A DNA stretch of 64,000 nucleotides from Heterodontus francisci (lineage: Eukaryota): contig NC_090373.1 of the NCBI RefSeq assembly GCF_036365525.1, positions 130,581,962 to 130,645,961 of the forward strand, read 5' to 3'. The translations under genes were made by a program, and so were the position numbers. The notes under the pieces were generated by a model. That model was given only the letters and a program-made list of their open reading frames with translations, was not told the origin of the DNA and did not search any database. Shown piece by piece: positions 63,501-64,000 of this stretch. Numbering within the stretch: the stretch's first letter is position 1; every line of letters starts with the position of its first letter.

Positions 63501-64000
63501 GGACAGGCATGCACAAGGCTGGCAAAAGTTTAGAAAGAGAAGGGGAGAAAATGACCAAGAGGTCAGGAAGTCCGGTAAGAATTCCGGATGAAAACCCCTA
63601 CTGTCTGGTCAACCAACCCCGAAAATAGTGAAAAGTTAGATCCCACATCCTCCTAGCTGAATGCAGACTCTAGAAGCACCACACCAGAGTTGCTAACAGT
63701 ATTTACAGCAACCTGCAGAGACAAAGAGAGACCTCTAAAGGGCAGAGAAACCGAGGGTGATGCCTCACCTAGTCGCAGTGTCACAGGAAAATGCAGTTAA
63801 GTCTGCACAAATACCTGCAGGTAGGAGTGTCCCAGAGAACAAAGGGGAGAGTAACAAAGACTCCTCCCCGACAGTCAGAGGAAAAGGGAACCACCCATCC
63901 CCTGAAGCCAAAAGTCTTTGCATGAATCAGGGAGTTCAGGATAGACCTCCCCCCATCACTAACTCTTCTGAGAAAAAAGAGAGAAAATTAAAGCAGCCCT

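Overview
This is eukaryotic, repeat-dominated vertebrate DNA, almost certainly from a cartilaginous fish (shark or ray). The inference rests on HE1-like V-SINEs with CR1 tails, SacSINE1-like DeuSINEs and abundant CR1/L2 debris. I find no intact host protein-coding gene, so the window looks intergenic or intronic. It holds: (1) a Neptune-type Penelope-like element (PLE) as a tandem-plus-inverted composite with a 16-bp TSD, plus three miniature fold-back PLE derivatives; all carry minimal hammerhead-ribozyme motifs and the same asymmetric end geometry; (2) a decayed two-gene PIF/Harbinger transposon (DDE transposase plus convergent Myb/SANT gene) and six GC-rich MITEs with its TIR type, several sharing a covarying double-hairpin/CCAAT core; (3) a CR1-group LINE with no recognisable ORF1 whose 5' region is the body of a tRNA-headed SINE, so the SINE looks like an internally deleted LINE; (4) a young RTE LINE; (5) several solo LTRs and a Gmr1-type Gypsy internal region with integrase directly after protease; (6) a repeat-poor block at about 51.6-53 kb that resembles a conserved non-coding element. 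All family names come from recognising motifs by eye, not from database searches. Boundaries without a stated TSD are approximate.
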